A DNA stretch of 64,000 nucleotides, from contig CM060733.1 in NCBI GenBank assembly GCA_030704615.1, forward strand, positions 57,412,001 to 57,476,000, given 5' to 3'. How positions within the stretch are numbered: position 1 is the first letter of the stretch; every line of letters starts with the position of its first letter. This document shows positions 1-13,300 of the stretch, piece by piece. A program made the position numbers and the translations under genes. The notes under the pieces were generated by a model, which saw only the letters and a program-made list of their open reading frames with translations, was not told where the DNA came from and did no database searches. This DNA comes from Takakia lepidozioides. Its lineage: Eukaryota; Plantae; Bryophyta.

Positions 1-3000
1 CTACGGCAAACATCTTATGAGTACACTGTGATTTTCTCGCTTGGCCAGTTGGAAGTGCCTTTGAAGGACTCTGTCCTTTTGTGACACATTCTTAGAGTGT
101 GAAATTCTTTGCCAGACGGCATCCAGCTGAGGCTGTGACCTCTAATCCATTAGGATATTGTTGATTTCAATTTCCAATACAAAAGATAATTGTATCATCA
201 TGGTAATGTTCTGTATGGCTACATGCCTGAGCCTTTCATGTGCAAATGTTAGGTTACCCTGCTTTTGTTTCCGTATTTTAGCTATGTAATTGACCAGTGG
301 GTACCTCAGGAAATGTTCAGTGTGCAAGAATCCCCTTTAGCCATCCTTCCAGCAATGTCTTCAAGCAGTTTAGTTCAAATGTTTACTTGTCAGAAACTCA
401 GATTTATATAATGGTATGCAACCACGAAGTATAGTCGACGTTGAGTATAGTCTTATACGTGATCTACAGCCACGGTCATGCTGAGAAGTCATTGCGGAGT
501 GTGGCAGCTTGTCACTGCTGCAGATGAAGCTGATGGTTAAGACTTTGTAATTGACAACACAATGTTAATGAGTTGCCTAGTTTAGGGTTTAACTCGGACT
601 GGTGCAATATCTGGTCAAGTTACTATATGGAGTTGGAACGTGCAAACGATTCATGTTTAAGGATAGATATGTGTTCTGTAGGGTAGCAGTAGGAGAATCA
701 AAGTCCTGTCCTTCAGTCCCTTATGGCTGAGAAGACTGAAAGTGCAGAGGCCAATTTTGGCTTGTGCAGAGCAGTCACGGGATCAATTTGCGAGTCTGCC
801 CTGAATCTCATAACAACTGATTATTCCCTGCTGTGTGAAATGCCTCATATTGCTTGATAGTATGATTTCGCAGTCTACTGAGCTGTTGGTGGGTGGTTCA
901 TGCTGGTTCTGATGGTTGTGCTGGAGTGTGGCTGCGCCTAGTCCAATTTCATATTTGAATTTAAGAGTTTGGGAAACAGTAGATTTGACTACTAGGTTCT
1001 GCTGTAAGGGTGTCCTCACACATGAGACATTATATTAGGGTGTTAGGTGTAGTGGGCAGATTCCTGGAAGCACAACTCATGCTGGCTGGTACAAGCTCAG
1101 ATCAATACCAATTAACAGCTTGCTTCCAAACAAGGACTTTTTGCAGAATTTCCACCATGTGGCCCAGACCTCGTCCCACTCACACATGAATTTGTGTTGT
1201 GGAAAGCTTGAGTGGACTGGTATCAAACTTTGGTAGAAGTGCAATTCAATCAACCTTTTTAAGACTCCACAATGTGACCCCTAGAATTAAGTGTCTCAAT
1301 CTTGTGGAGGATGTGGAGGATGTGGCACGTGCCACTTTCTGGAGAGCAAGTCTTTACCATGGTATTAACTAGTTCTGTGCCATCTATGCTTGTGAAATTG
1401 CCTGGATCAGGCTCCATGCGCAAGCTTTGACACTGGCAGCCCTGGCTGGAGCTGCAGTTGTGGAGTATTACGAGCATCAAAGTGGAGACAAGGCCAAGCG
1501 GTATGAGAAGCACATTCAATAAAACTTGTGTTAAACATCCAATGTTTAATAGAGGCTTTGGACCCGAAGAAGATGTGTGGCCAATTATAAGGTGCATGTG
1601 GTCATTTGTGTCGAAAGTGTGGGTGAGGGGAACTATCACCATGCTCAACACCCATGATTAAATACATCAGTATCATGTTATTGCTTTTGTTTGGCATAGA
1701 ATGCCATCAGTTTTATTGGAGCAAAAGTTGTAGTTTCATCACAAGTGCCAAAGTGGGTTTCCTTTTCTTTCTACTCATAAAAGCACATCAGATGTGACAG
1801 TCTATCTGGTTTGTATATGACCAGTAATAAACATAGCAAGTTTAACACACATAACAAGGTTCTTGACGAATCTACCAAAAAACAAGCTTACTGATAATAG
1901 CAAAATGAGAAGATAGCAGCATAACAACGAAAGTAAAGTTAGAACTACTACTGATATTCCCATGATTTTGAAACCCGCATTCAAAATAGAAGTCCACCTG
2001 TCTCTGTGCAAAAATAATTAAACACAAACACAAGTTGAGAAAGGCAAATTCCCTTGTATTTATCATCGAATCAAATCAATGAGTTGAAAGGTTGAAAATT
2101 TGGTGAAACATTACTTCTATAAGACATATGAAGATTTCAAATATTATTGATGCATGATGCAATTTATAAAGATTGACCGATCTCTTCAAATCATACAATC
2201 ACATATCGACATTCCAGAAAACATATGACTTCAACTAAATTTAGTACTCGTTTGTTTGGGGAAAATTTGAAGGTCAAGAAAATAGAGGCAGTCCGAGGGA
2301 CCAATAGGCAGGTACGAGCAAGAGCACTCAGGAAGCTACTGGAGGAAGACCTGTGAAGACCTGTGGGGCTATGGCCGGCCAGCCAGCCTTGGAAGGCTTA
2401 AGCGCCGCCTGACGAGGTTGCGGTGCGGCCTAAGAGGGTAAGGAGAGGAGGATTGGTGGCTCTCTCGCCTCCAACCTACTACGAATTACTAGCAGCAGGG
2501 CCTCCAGTAAAACATGGAAAGACCCAACAGGTACCATCACTATCCCATCACTATATTATATACTAGCTCAAATAAGTATCTAAAATGGCAGACCAAAGGG
2601 GTCATTTCTTAAAGTTTTTTAAGAAAAGAAAAGAAAAATAGAGTAGCCAATGGGGTGGGACTCCAGGGTTGTAGGAATGGCTCATTTGTGAGGCCCTTAC
2701 ACAGCAAGGAAGTAGCAAACATTATGAGGCAGTGGGACCCTCCTTCAAAGGGTGGCAGATATGGCTACCAAGAAGGTGGGTAGAGAATTGCACAACGATT
2801 GCTTAACCTGTAAAGGACGAGCCTGTTTTTTGTGGGCGTGTCCAAAACCAGACATACCCACATGGATGAGGGTATATCTCTCATTTGACAAACATCCAAC
2901 GGGATAAACCGTACGAAATTGATCCTACCTACTTCATGCACCTCCTGTAAGAATATCAGGAGATTTGACCCTGTAATGAGGAAGATTATAACAGATGTGC

Positions 3001-4569
3001 TAGGCAAAATTTTCTACCATTCCCCATTTTCATAGTGAAAAATTGGTTTGATCAAGCAGATGGCCTACCATTTACAATTTTCCTTCATACAGGCTATCCA
3101 GATTCTGATCATATGGCACCTACAGCATGTCCACCCAAAAATCCAAAGCCAAATTCCAAAAATTCACAATGGTTGCTTCGTATGGGAAAACAGGGGAATA
3201 AAAATGGCCATTTTTACCATGGGGCGCCCAAATCATCCCAAATGTGTCTCAATTTCTTAGGGAAGCAAAATTCCTCTGGTCATGTTGTTGCTAGCCTTCA
3301 TACTCACTACCCTGAAAAAAAATGACACCATTCTAGGCTGTTTACATGTAGAGATTGCCAAAAAACCAATTACCTACTTGAATCCCAGCTCAGGCCAACT
3401 ATTGCTTGAGCAGGTAGAGACTTCCGGGCAAGAAAAAGGGGCCACCTCAGCAATTTCGATGAAATGACAGGAGCCCTGGCGCCACCCTTCGCGCGTGCCG
3501 TGGGGCCTGCCGCTGTCCACACGGGTGGACATGCAGCCCCCGCTGGCACCCAGTCGCCCCAAAATCCCCATACCCACTCCCATTTGCTGTGCCACGTGGT
3601 GAAGTCAACGCTACCGGAGGCCCCAAACCATCAGATTTTGGGTACCCCTGCACTCCAAAAATTCCTGACGGCGGTCCTTTAGGTTTTTTAGAATGCCATC
3701 GACGCAGGGGGCGTAGAATTTAATAAGCTACACTTTTCATTCATGGCTCAATTTCATCCAACTTCATCTGCAACTTTTCCATCCATTTGAAGTTTTGACG
3801 CCACCGTCCCTTAGGGGTTAAGCACCCTTCACACTTGGTGATAAGTCTCTGATAGGGTGGTGGTAGGCGCACCCTCATTTTAGCCCGATTCACACATAGG
3901 GTGTTATTAAACGGAAATGTTGAGGTGGCTGCCATGGTGGCAGAGGATGTTAGCACATAGTTAAGGGGAGTGTTAGTTACCACTCAATCCAAAAATAAAG
4001 ATTCCTCATTAATTTTCTTTTTAACATAACAAGCCTACAGATAGGTCCTATAAGTCATTGCTACGAAACCCCGCTCTCTACCTGTCGTCACCCTCATTCT
4101 TCCAACCCCTACGGTCTGTCTGTCTGCACACTGCAGTCAGGATTCAGTATGCACAATGCTGGAAGTTCAATCACTGGATTTCTACTCTTCACTACTACTA
4201 CATTCAATTATTTGTTTGTTACTACACACTATGGACAAAATTTTGAGCTTCAACAATTGTGAGCCGTCGTAGAATGAAAAATATCAGTAAGTTCCAATTT
4301 TGAGTTCAAAATTCAGTATATTTCTCTTTATTTTACACTTCATCTGTACGTTCTCCAACTTGTCACCAATGATCGGTATATTTTTTTGATTTTCTGGAAT
4401 TTTTCTAAATCTGTAATCTACAAGAACCCACATAAAATCATGCTAGTATTATTTTCTACAATGCAGCACATGCGCAGAATAACAACGGCAATGAATGAGG
4501 TCCATCGAGGAAAGGGAAGAAGAAAGTGAGCCTATCTTCAGATTCCACATCTGTTGAAGTGCAGTCACA

Positions 4570-4925
4570 TAAACCACGACAGCCGAATTGGGAATAGGGG
4601 GAGACAATGGCCTTTCTCAAGGCGAAGAGGGATGAGTACATTGCCTCCATCGAGATGAACGTGATCCCCCTGTGATCACTTTGAGATTGCAACAATGAAG
4701 TGGAAGAAAATTTTGTCAAGTGTTATGGGTGCAGGTTATTCTCAACACTTGAGAAATGGACTTGCCTGCAAAGACAAATGACAGTCTATTTATTGGGAGA
4801 TCAAAAAGATTATGATTACATGTTGGATACTGGGCATAACGAGGATTATTGGTCAATGTTCCCCCAGGATAATGGTGCTTTGCATTTACCCAGAGTCTTC
4901 AAGAGAACCATCTATGACATGATAG
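4570..4925 (+). pseudogene. Degenerate trihelix Myb/SANT-like domain remnant (type carried by PIF/Harbinger transposons)
   Basis: Joining across stops and frameshifts gives KPRQPNWE*GETMAFLKAKRDEY...MKWKKILSSVMGAGYSQHLRNGLACKDK*...DYDYMLDTGHNEDYWSM...LPRVFKRTIYDMI, the GT-1/Myb-SANT pattern (W..ET..L...KW..I...R...CKDKW...YW.M...LP..F). No matching DDE transposase was found. Confidence 0.55.
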
Positions 4926-6934
4926 CCCGCTGCAAGCTATGAAATTTGCACCATAGGCCAACTTATAAATCACACAATAGACACGAATCTCAACATGAAT
5001 TGTTTTCCTTTATGTGGTGTCTTTTTTCTTGAGAATAGGTCTCAATTTCTCAACAATATCAAACAAGGTTGCCTTGTTCATGCGAAAATTTTCTACCCAT
5101 GTGTCCTGTAAAGAAAAATCTAAATAATTTGGTAGTGGATTTAGGCTTGTCCCAATGGCCTAGGTTAAGAGACAATACACTCATAGCACTCGAAATTTTG
5201 TAGTCATGCAAGACAGCACTAACAATAGCAAATTGAGAATCCATGATGTGTTGCGAATAATTGACTTTCAAAAAAGGGTCAACAAAGGGTGAAGCTACCG
5301 TCTATCTTGAGGCGTTGCACACTTGTTTGATTACTTCTACCAACAACATAATAGTAGCCATAAATAGAACATCCTCAAAGTGATTGTCCATGATACCAAG
5401 AACCTGCGACCGGATGAACAAATAAGATATAGGAGACCAGATGAACAAATAAGACTAGATGAGCAATAACGTAAACTGATTTGCAATAGCGCAAACAAAA
5501 CTGGCCTACAACATTAAAAAAATCTAGCAAAAACGATGAGAAACAATGAACAAGACAACATGAAATAAGGAAGCCGAGACCTGCCAACAAGAGACCCAAC
5601 GAGCACAAGAGATCTAAGAGCAAAAGACGAAGAAGTGACGGTTGGTAGTGGTGGCTATCAGGTGTGATTCATGTGATGATGGTGACAATGTTACCTCAAT
5701 GTTATCTAGCAAGTGTGAATAGACGAGTGATAGCCTAGCTCGTATTATCTAGAGTTAGGTGTTAGTTAGCCACATGGACGTTAAGCTGGGTGTGAAATCT
5801 TGACAGTGGCAGCCCTTAGATCCATACCCCTCCTCACGTAAGGGATTGTTTTAGGTGTTGTCACCATGGTAATTTTATTCTGGCAGGGTGGATTTCCACC
5901 ACCAGCTTTAAGGGCATTATCATCCTTTGTGCTCTAGCTAACATCCACAAGGAACAGTCAAAGTACAACTCTTCTAATTTAAGTTGGTTGAATTTTTCCT
6001 GATTTTCTGACCGTTTGCTGAATTTTATGCAGCACCACGATTTACGACGTTGAGTAGGATACCCGATGAGTGCCTTTTAGCTGATGGCCAACACCACAAG
6101 GGGGTGGGAAGGCTCATGAACAGAAGTGAATGTATTGTAACAGTTTTTATTAGCGACCACCCGATATTCGTTTCTAGGGGATGATGATAGGTACGATATG
6201 GAGAACATCACGACGTTTGACAAGCGTATTGTGGTTTTGATTGGGCATCCCAGAATGGACATCGTCTTGTTGAGGGGTGCACCGGGCCAATGTTTCACTA
6301 TAATTAGTTTTGGAATGTTGGAGGCTGGGCAACATGACATTCGAAAGCTGTCATACCCGATGGTTGTGGATGCCGAGTGGGATTTCCAACATGTGGTGGA
6401 ATGTTCCATTACGGAAGGATAAGTGACCATGGTGACCCCCACAAGACGGGCAACTGGTGCAGATTATGGGATTGCTATGCCCAACTGCTCAGAACGACTA
6501 GCTTCTCACTTGCATCCACGTGGGAATAACGTTTCACAAGAATGAGGATGATCTCCCTCATCTACCATCGAGGACATCTGGATTCCCAATAGAGCTCCTC
6601 GGAGCTACATGAAGGTGCTCAATCGTGAGGTTGATAATATGGGCAAGCTCTACCTGCACGCAGTTTCACAAACATCAAGCACAAGTCTTTTATTGGCGGT
6701 TCGTGCCGGCGTGGAATTTGATTAATCTTTTGGGGGAGATGGACAACAAGAATGTGGTTCCCTTCGATCGACCGAGGCCTTCAACGTGGTCATCCGGAAG
6801 GCTTTTGACGAAGTGACAGAAGGGCTGAGAGAATTATTCGTCCAAGTCGTGTTTGAAGGAATGTTACCGAGCTGGTTCTTCACCGAGTCGTCAAGAAGAA
6901 ATGAGTGTACTCGGATTGGCACTAAAAGCCCCTA

Positions 6935-7345
6935 ACACAAGTGTGAAAGGTGCATTAGACTACTTAAATTGTCTCCATCTCCGACTTGACAATCTTTCTA
7001 CGAAAATCTTTCTATATGGTGAAGAGCCTCGAGAAGAAACATAAGTTTCCCATGGTTTGTCAGATTGACACAATTATGCTACGATCTACTACGCCCTATA
7101 TTCACATATGAAACTTTTGAATTACTAGCAATGGGCATTAATTCACATAGGGCTACCAAGAAGGTGGATAAAGAATTATACAACGATTGCTTCCACTGCC
7201 TAGATTGTCTCCTTCTCCGACCTTACCAATCTTTCTACAAGAATCTTCATATGTGGTGAAGAGCCTCGAGAAGAAAAAGAAGATTTCCCAACGGTTTGTC
7301 AGATTGACTCAATTATGCTACGGTTTACTAGACATCAAACGTCAT
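6935..7345 (+). repeat. Diverged ~240-bp tandem duplication, with a third related copy near 2760
   Basis: ATTGTCTCC.TCTCCGAC..T..CAATCTTTCTAC...GGTGAAGAGCCTCGAGAAGAAA...GGTTTGTCAGATTGAC.CAATTATGCTACG occurs at ~6968 and ~7204. GGCTACCAAGAAGGTGG.TA.AGAATT..ACAACGATTGCTT occurs at ~2763 and ~7151. Confidence 0.75.
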
Positions 7346-9083
7346 TCCCATATTTGGAAGTGCATGCAATGGGCATGAATGTCAAGAGCCCCACAGTCAC
7401 AACCACTCCAATTGTGGTGGTGTTGTATACATTTTTCTTCTATGTCCGTTGGCTTGACTGTCTATAAAATGTGTGTAGTGGTCATAAGCAAAATAATTCT
7501 TAGTTAAATGTCAGCCTTTGAATTCGCTGGCTAGTTTTCCCTTTAACGAGTTGGCCTCCAATGTTGCTTCTATTTTTGTTATAGTCGTATTTGGACTTCT
7601 ACATATATATAGATCAAATGTCTCTTTTATATATATATATATATATATACCACACAATTATGTTGTCGCACTTCTGATCATACTGTATTCAAACATAAAG
7701 TAGAACAGATCTTTAGAGCTGCACTTCATATCAAATTTTAAATTAAGAAATATTATTAGTTTTACACAAAAATAAAGGCAATTGATAATTGAAATGTTGA
7801 ATATGTCAAAGAAACAAAAGAATTTAAAAACAATTATATGATCGAATAGTTGTTTTTTCCTAATAGAATGTGAATATTCAGTTTTTCAATCATACTAATG
7901 AGCATTTAAAATAATTCTTCATGTCAGATTTTATGCTTCAAGCGAGAAAATACGGACTCAAGTCGTGGTGGCTATTGTAGTCAAAACAACTTGTGGTCAG
8001 TGACTCAAATTCTCATACACAGCTGTTCATTGTAGTAGGTGTGAAAACATGCTTATGTCGTTTTCCGCAACCAAATCTCGAGGATGCACCACAAATGGAA
8101 CATCATCAACACCTATGAACGTTGTGTTTTCTTTACATTCAACACCCATGGACATCATGTTCACAACACGCTAGACTCTTGTTTGTAGCCTAGCTACGAT
8201 ATGAGCCTAACCTTGTGAGCTCGTGAGCTCAGCTCATGCAACTTACTAAGCACGAGCGCATGATGGTACTGTATGAGAACTAGACCCTATACCCTATGAT
8301 ATGAAAAAGATGGTTTATTTAATGTGGAAAGAAGATGAGAATGAGCAAAAACAAAAAGCCCACAAGTCATACTAGGGTTGCCTATCAATACCACCGCCCC
8401 CACAACCAACCTTATCATCCACTTTATTGAGTTTTATTATTATTATTTTATATTATTTATTTATTTAAGAGAAAAGGGGGGATAGTCTTAGTTACTGAGA
8501 TTACTGATACCCCAACACAGCTCTTCTAGCTAAAATGCCCCAATAGCGCAGCCACCAATTTTAAACGGGATTGTGCCGCGTTGCCGCGTCCCCAATAGCA
8601 CATTCTTGCACTTCAAAAATGGTGAGGGTCCCCTGTTCTCTAAATAGTGACCCTCACCAACTTTTGTCCCACTCCCGCACTATCTAATGCGCTCTTGGGG
8701 AGCGACATTCTCCCACACAACCATAGGATCTGCTGCCCTTATGGACTGGGAGTCTCTTCTTGCTACCGCCTCGTGTGGCGGGGCCCCCCATGGTCGGCGA
8801 TCTGCCACCTCAGCCTCTGATATGGTGGGTTGCTGGGGCTCTTGCCACACACTATCTAGCTTGCGTGCCTCACCATATGCCCCACTAAAATAGTGATAGA
8901 GCGGCAGTTTAGTGAGAGACTGCTGGTCATGCTCTAAGAGATCTAGATTTGCTCCTTGCAGCAAAGAAAGTTTTTAAGGAATTGAGGGGTGTGAACTTTG
9001 CAGCTATCATGTATTGGGCAAACTATTTCATTGAACCAGGACTTGCTGTATGTACAATATACAATTTACAATATAGTACAGTA

Positions 9084-9135
9084 TTTATTCAAGACTAACA
9101 ACAAATATTATTTTTTGTTGTTAGTCTTGAATAAA
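9084..9135. repeat. Perfect 22-bp inverted repeat with 8-nt loop
   Basis: TTTATTCAAGACTAACAACAAA (9084-9105) is the exact reverse complement of TTTGTTGTTAGTCTTGAATAAA (9114-9135). Confidence 0.9.
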
Positions 9136-10083
9136 CACTATTCCTTTTGATATAGTATGGCCTCCTGACCTAATTAGGGCACCCTTTTATACAATTTTTA
9201 CCATATATAAGAGAATCGACTAAAATTGGCTGATAAGTTTTAGACAAAGTAACAATTTTTTTATTTTTTTATTTTTGTGTAGAGGCATGTTGAAAGCATA
9301 CCTCAAATAAAATGAGGATGATTTGGAGAATGAATTTCCCTATAAAATTCAGAGTTAAAATCATTTAAAAAAAATACAGAACAGGGGGATTGCAGCCCTG
9401 ATAAATTTTATTAATAAGTTATTCGGGGAAAAAATCCCTTTTAAACCATAAGGCATACACACCCTAATCAGTGAAGATCGAACCCCACCCCCTTCCCGGG
9501 GTAAGCGAACACTCAAATCAAATTTAATCATGGGAATGAAGATATTATAGGAGAACAATATAAAAACTCAATAATGCAAAGCGTGCGATCTTTTCAGTTT
9601 TCAAATCTTTCCCACCCCCTCTCAAGAGTGAGACAAATTGGAGTGACACCAGATACGAGTGATACTAGTATGGAGTGTCACTCCAATCAGTGTACTCCCA
9701 CTTGGTGTCATAAAGTTTAAGTAAAAGGGTACAAAAAGAAAGTGATACAAAACAATGGAGTGACATGGCATTGGGGTGACATGGACCGCGATGCCACAAC
9801 AATCCAGCAAAAAATCGAACTTCATACCTACCTTCACCATTATTCTACCATCATTCTACTCCTCCATACCTCATACTCCATACTCAACAGATTGTGGTAT
9901 TTTAAAAGCTTTAATAGTGAGTACGGGGTGGGGATGATTTGATAGGGGGCCTGCCGGAGGAGATGCCGCCCGCAACCGGCGAAAGTACCGTCAGATCGCA
10001 CGCTTGCCTAAAGTTCTTAACTTCTTACATAATTCCTCCATTATCTAGCTTCCCATTGGCTACACCCAGGGTATATTCTCCTA

Positions 10084-10215
10084 GATAAGGATGAAATATC
10101 GATGTATTCATCCATTTATTCATCCAAAGGAGAGAAGAGGCCCGTCCAGTGGAACAGTGAGCGAATGGCGGCCTCTCCTTCCGATCGCGCACACCAGCCA
10201 CACGTTCCCCATAGC

Positions 10216-10247
<32 letters not shown>
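10084..10247 (+). promoter_or_regulatory. Putative SBPase proximal promoter/5'UTR: I-box-like GATAAG and (CT)n tract
   Basis: GATAAG at 10084, ~230 bp upstream of the ATG of a Calvin-cycle gene, and a (CT)n microsatellite at 10219-10247. Short motifs, so weak evidence. Confidence 0.3.
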
Positions 10248-10250
<3 letters not shown>

Positions 10251-10311
10251 CTCTCTCGATCTCTGCGATCTTGATTCCGTCGTGCAAGTGTCTGTGTGTC
10301 TTGTAAGAGAG

Positions 10312-13300
10312 ATGGCAACAGTGATGGCTGCAGCCAGCACCATTTCGGCTCTCGGTGGTCGCTTGACTACCAGTGCAGCTGCTGGAAATAGCCAAAGCTG
10401 TGTGGCCCAGGCAGCTGGCCCCGTGCGAGTGGTGTCATCGGCCTCCAACCTCGTAAGTGGCTGCATTTGATGAAATATAACTCTTGGAGGCATGTTATGC
10501 TAGAATTATGTGGTATCGGTTTACTGCGGACCTGCGTCCGTCGATTTTGCGCATTTTGTTTCATTTTTCAAAGATTGCATGAGTTACTTGTCTCGTGAAT
10601 TGGTGCAGATAGTGTCACTCGTCTGAATTCACCTACGTTCAGGTTAGTCTAGTATTATTGCTGCGGCAATTGCAAGAGGACTAATTAGCTGCACTATGCA
10701 AGCTGCACACATTCTGATTAGTCTCTTTTTGGAGTGCTTGCAGGGAGGGAAAGGAAGCTCGCTCTATGGAAAGTGTATTCCAACTTCCCTGGGTGTTTTG
10801 TCTCAACGGGCGTCTTCGACCTCAAGAGGTGCACTTACCAGAGCTGAGCTTGGAGACAGTCTGGTAAGTCCAATGCTGCAGCTTAGACTGGTGTCTTCTC
10901 CTTTCTTCGACAGAAAAAAACAATAGTGATAGAACCTATGGGACGATTGCGCAACAAACAAAGAAATAACTAAAATAGCAGAGGCCTAAATTGCTGGTCG
11001 AAGATGAGTTCCTTAGGAAGGTAAGGGACTAAGCATGTCTGATAGAAACGTAACTGAATGCCTTTGCGGAGGATGAGCAGCCTCCGGTATCTCCCTCGGA
11101 TCTCATCATGTATGGGGCAGGATAATGGAAGTGATGGTTTAACAAAGTAGTACAATCAGGCTCATAGCGAGTGCACTTTTGTCTTGGCGGATAAAATTTC
11201 TAAAGAGAGAACGAAAGAAACAGTGAGCAGGGAACTTGGACACGGAAAATGCACGAGCTGCTGGAATGTGAACATTTAGAATCCTAGAAAAGCAAATCAA
11301 AACCTGACAAGTGTAAGTATCACACGTCCAAGATAAAAGACATTTACTTGATCACCACTGGGAGGTGCTACAGTGTCACATTTGACTCATTGTTAACAAA
11401 TTCAATCTAAACCCTCAAGCTGGCAAGTTTCTCATCTTCTAATTTTTGCTCTCCATAAGTCACAGTTACTGGAATTGATGGGAACATGGTAGTGAAAAAC
11501 TTAGATTCGCCAAGTATTGAATGAGCATATATTCAATCCATGGCAATGAGCAACAGTGTGAAGAACTGAACCAATTGTGTCACCACTCTCAAGCGCTGGT
11601 GATTGGGCTATTCAAGTCTGTCTTTCAAAGAAATAACCACTAAGTTCACGTAATCGGGTGTCAATCTCAAGACAGATTTGCCAATACCTCTCACATCCAG
11701 TGACATCCTGCATGCAAGAGTTGCCTTTGACCTCAAGCACGACAATTTTGATATGGACAACAGCCATCCTACAACAAACAATGTACCAAATGCAGCGAGG
11801 TCTGTCGTAAGGTTGCAAAAGTCTATGTTCACAATGTGTGTCCGAGGAATGGCTGAAATCCCTGAACCAATGAACTGGAGACCCTTTGCTGGCAGCCAAC
11901 AGTCCTGCAGTCATTGGAACCTGTCAGGAAGATGATAATGCTGAATATACTGTTCTGATTGCAGGAGGAGTTCCTCTCAAAGGCCACAACTGACAAGAGT
12001 CTGGCCAGGTTGTTAGTTTGCATGGGTGAGGCCCTCCGCACTATTGCCTTCAAGGTCCGGACTGCATCGTGTGGTGCCACTGCCTGCATCAACACCTTTG
12101 GTGACGAGCAGCTTGCAGTCGACCTTCTTGCCAACAAGCTCCTCTTTGAGGTCTCTTTTCTGGTTCGATAGTCCTGTTGTGTTTTTTTCGTCCTTTCAGC
12201 CTCTCAAAACTTCTAAGTTCCTTCCTTCCTTCCTTTCCCCCCTCTCCTGTCCCCCATTGGCATGACCTCTGACTGTTTCTATTCTCCCTCTCTACACTGT
12301 GCCTGCACAATGAGCTTCATGCTCTTTTGCAAAATCGCTTCTCCTGCTCTACCTCCTCTTGACTCACGCTGCTATCATGTCACGGCTCTTTGATCCACTG
12401 GCCTGACTTGTTCCGTCAGATACCTTACTTTTGTTGGTGATGATGAATTTAAATCAGCTCTGTTCCAGTACCAGCATCTACTGCAGAAAGTTTCCCCTGA
12501 TACATATGTTACAATATAACCAGCTTTCACTGAGACTCTATTAGGTTTGTGTTTCCCTTGAAAACCCAAGGAAGGCGGTCTTTCTCCTCTCACATGTGAA
12601 CTTGGTGCATTCCAGGCTTTACGTTTTTCACATGTTTGCAAGTATGCTTGCTCTGAGGAGGATCCTGAGCTCCTGGATATGGGCGGCCCGTCAGAAGGTA
12701 ATATCAGGGGATCATCCTCAATGGGGCCTAGGGTCAGCTTCAGCATCACATTGCCCTGCTTAGTCAGCTTGCCTGTTGCCCTTGAGTTTCAGGTTTAACC
12801 ATAGACAACTTTAAATTGAACAGGTGGCTTCAGCGTGGCCTTTGATCCCTTGGACGGCTCCAGCATTGTTGATACAAACTTCACAGTTGGGACCATTTTT
12901 GGAGTTTGGCCGGGTGACAAGCTAACCGGAATCACAGGGAGAGACCAGTCTGCAGCAGCCATGGGTATCTATGGACCACGAACCACTTACGTGGTTGCTG
13001 TTAAAGGCTTCCCTGGTACCCATGAATTTCTGCTGCTGGATGATGGTAGGAAGACTTTCCACCTTGTAACTCCTCTCCCCGATCTTTGGTTGTTTCTTGA
13101 AAATGTAGCTCTCTGGACATGTAAAGTTGTGTTGTTGTCCGGTCAAGCCTTGGTTTGCTTGAAACAGTAATTCTATCAGAGCACATATGATGTCAGATCA
13201 AATGTAAGTCAATTGTCTCCATTAACTACTACCTCCACTGCTCTTGGGAGAGATTGCATACAATCTATCTCAAAGCAGAGAGAGCTACAGAAATGCTTTC

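Noticed and set aside
1-1700. Short ORFs suggesting a decayed retroelement or transposase
   Set aside because: No motif I could identify with confidence; needs BLASTX.
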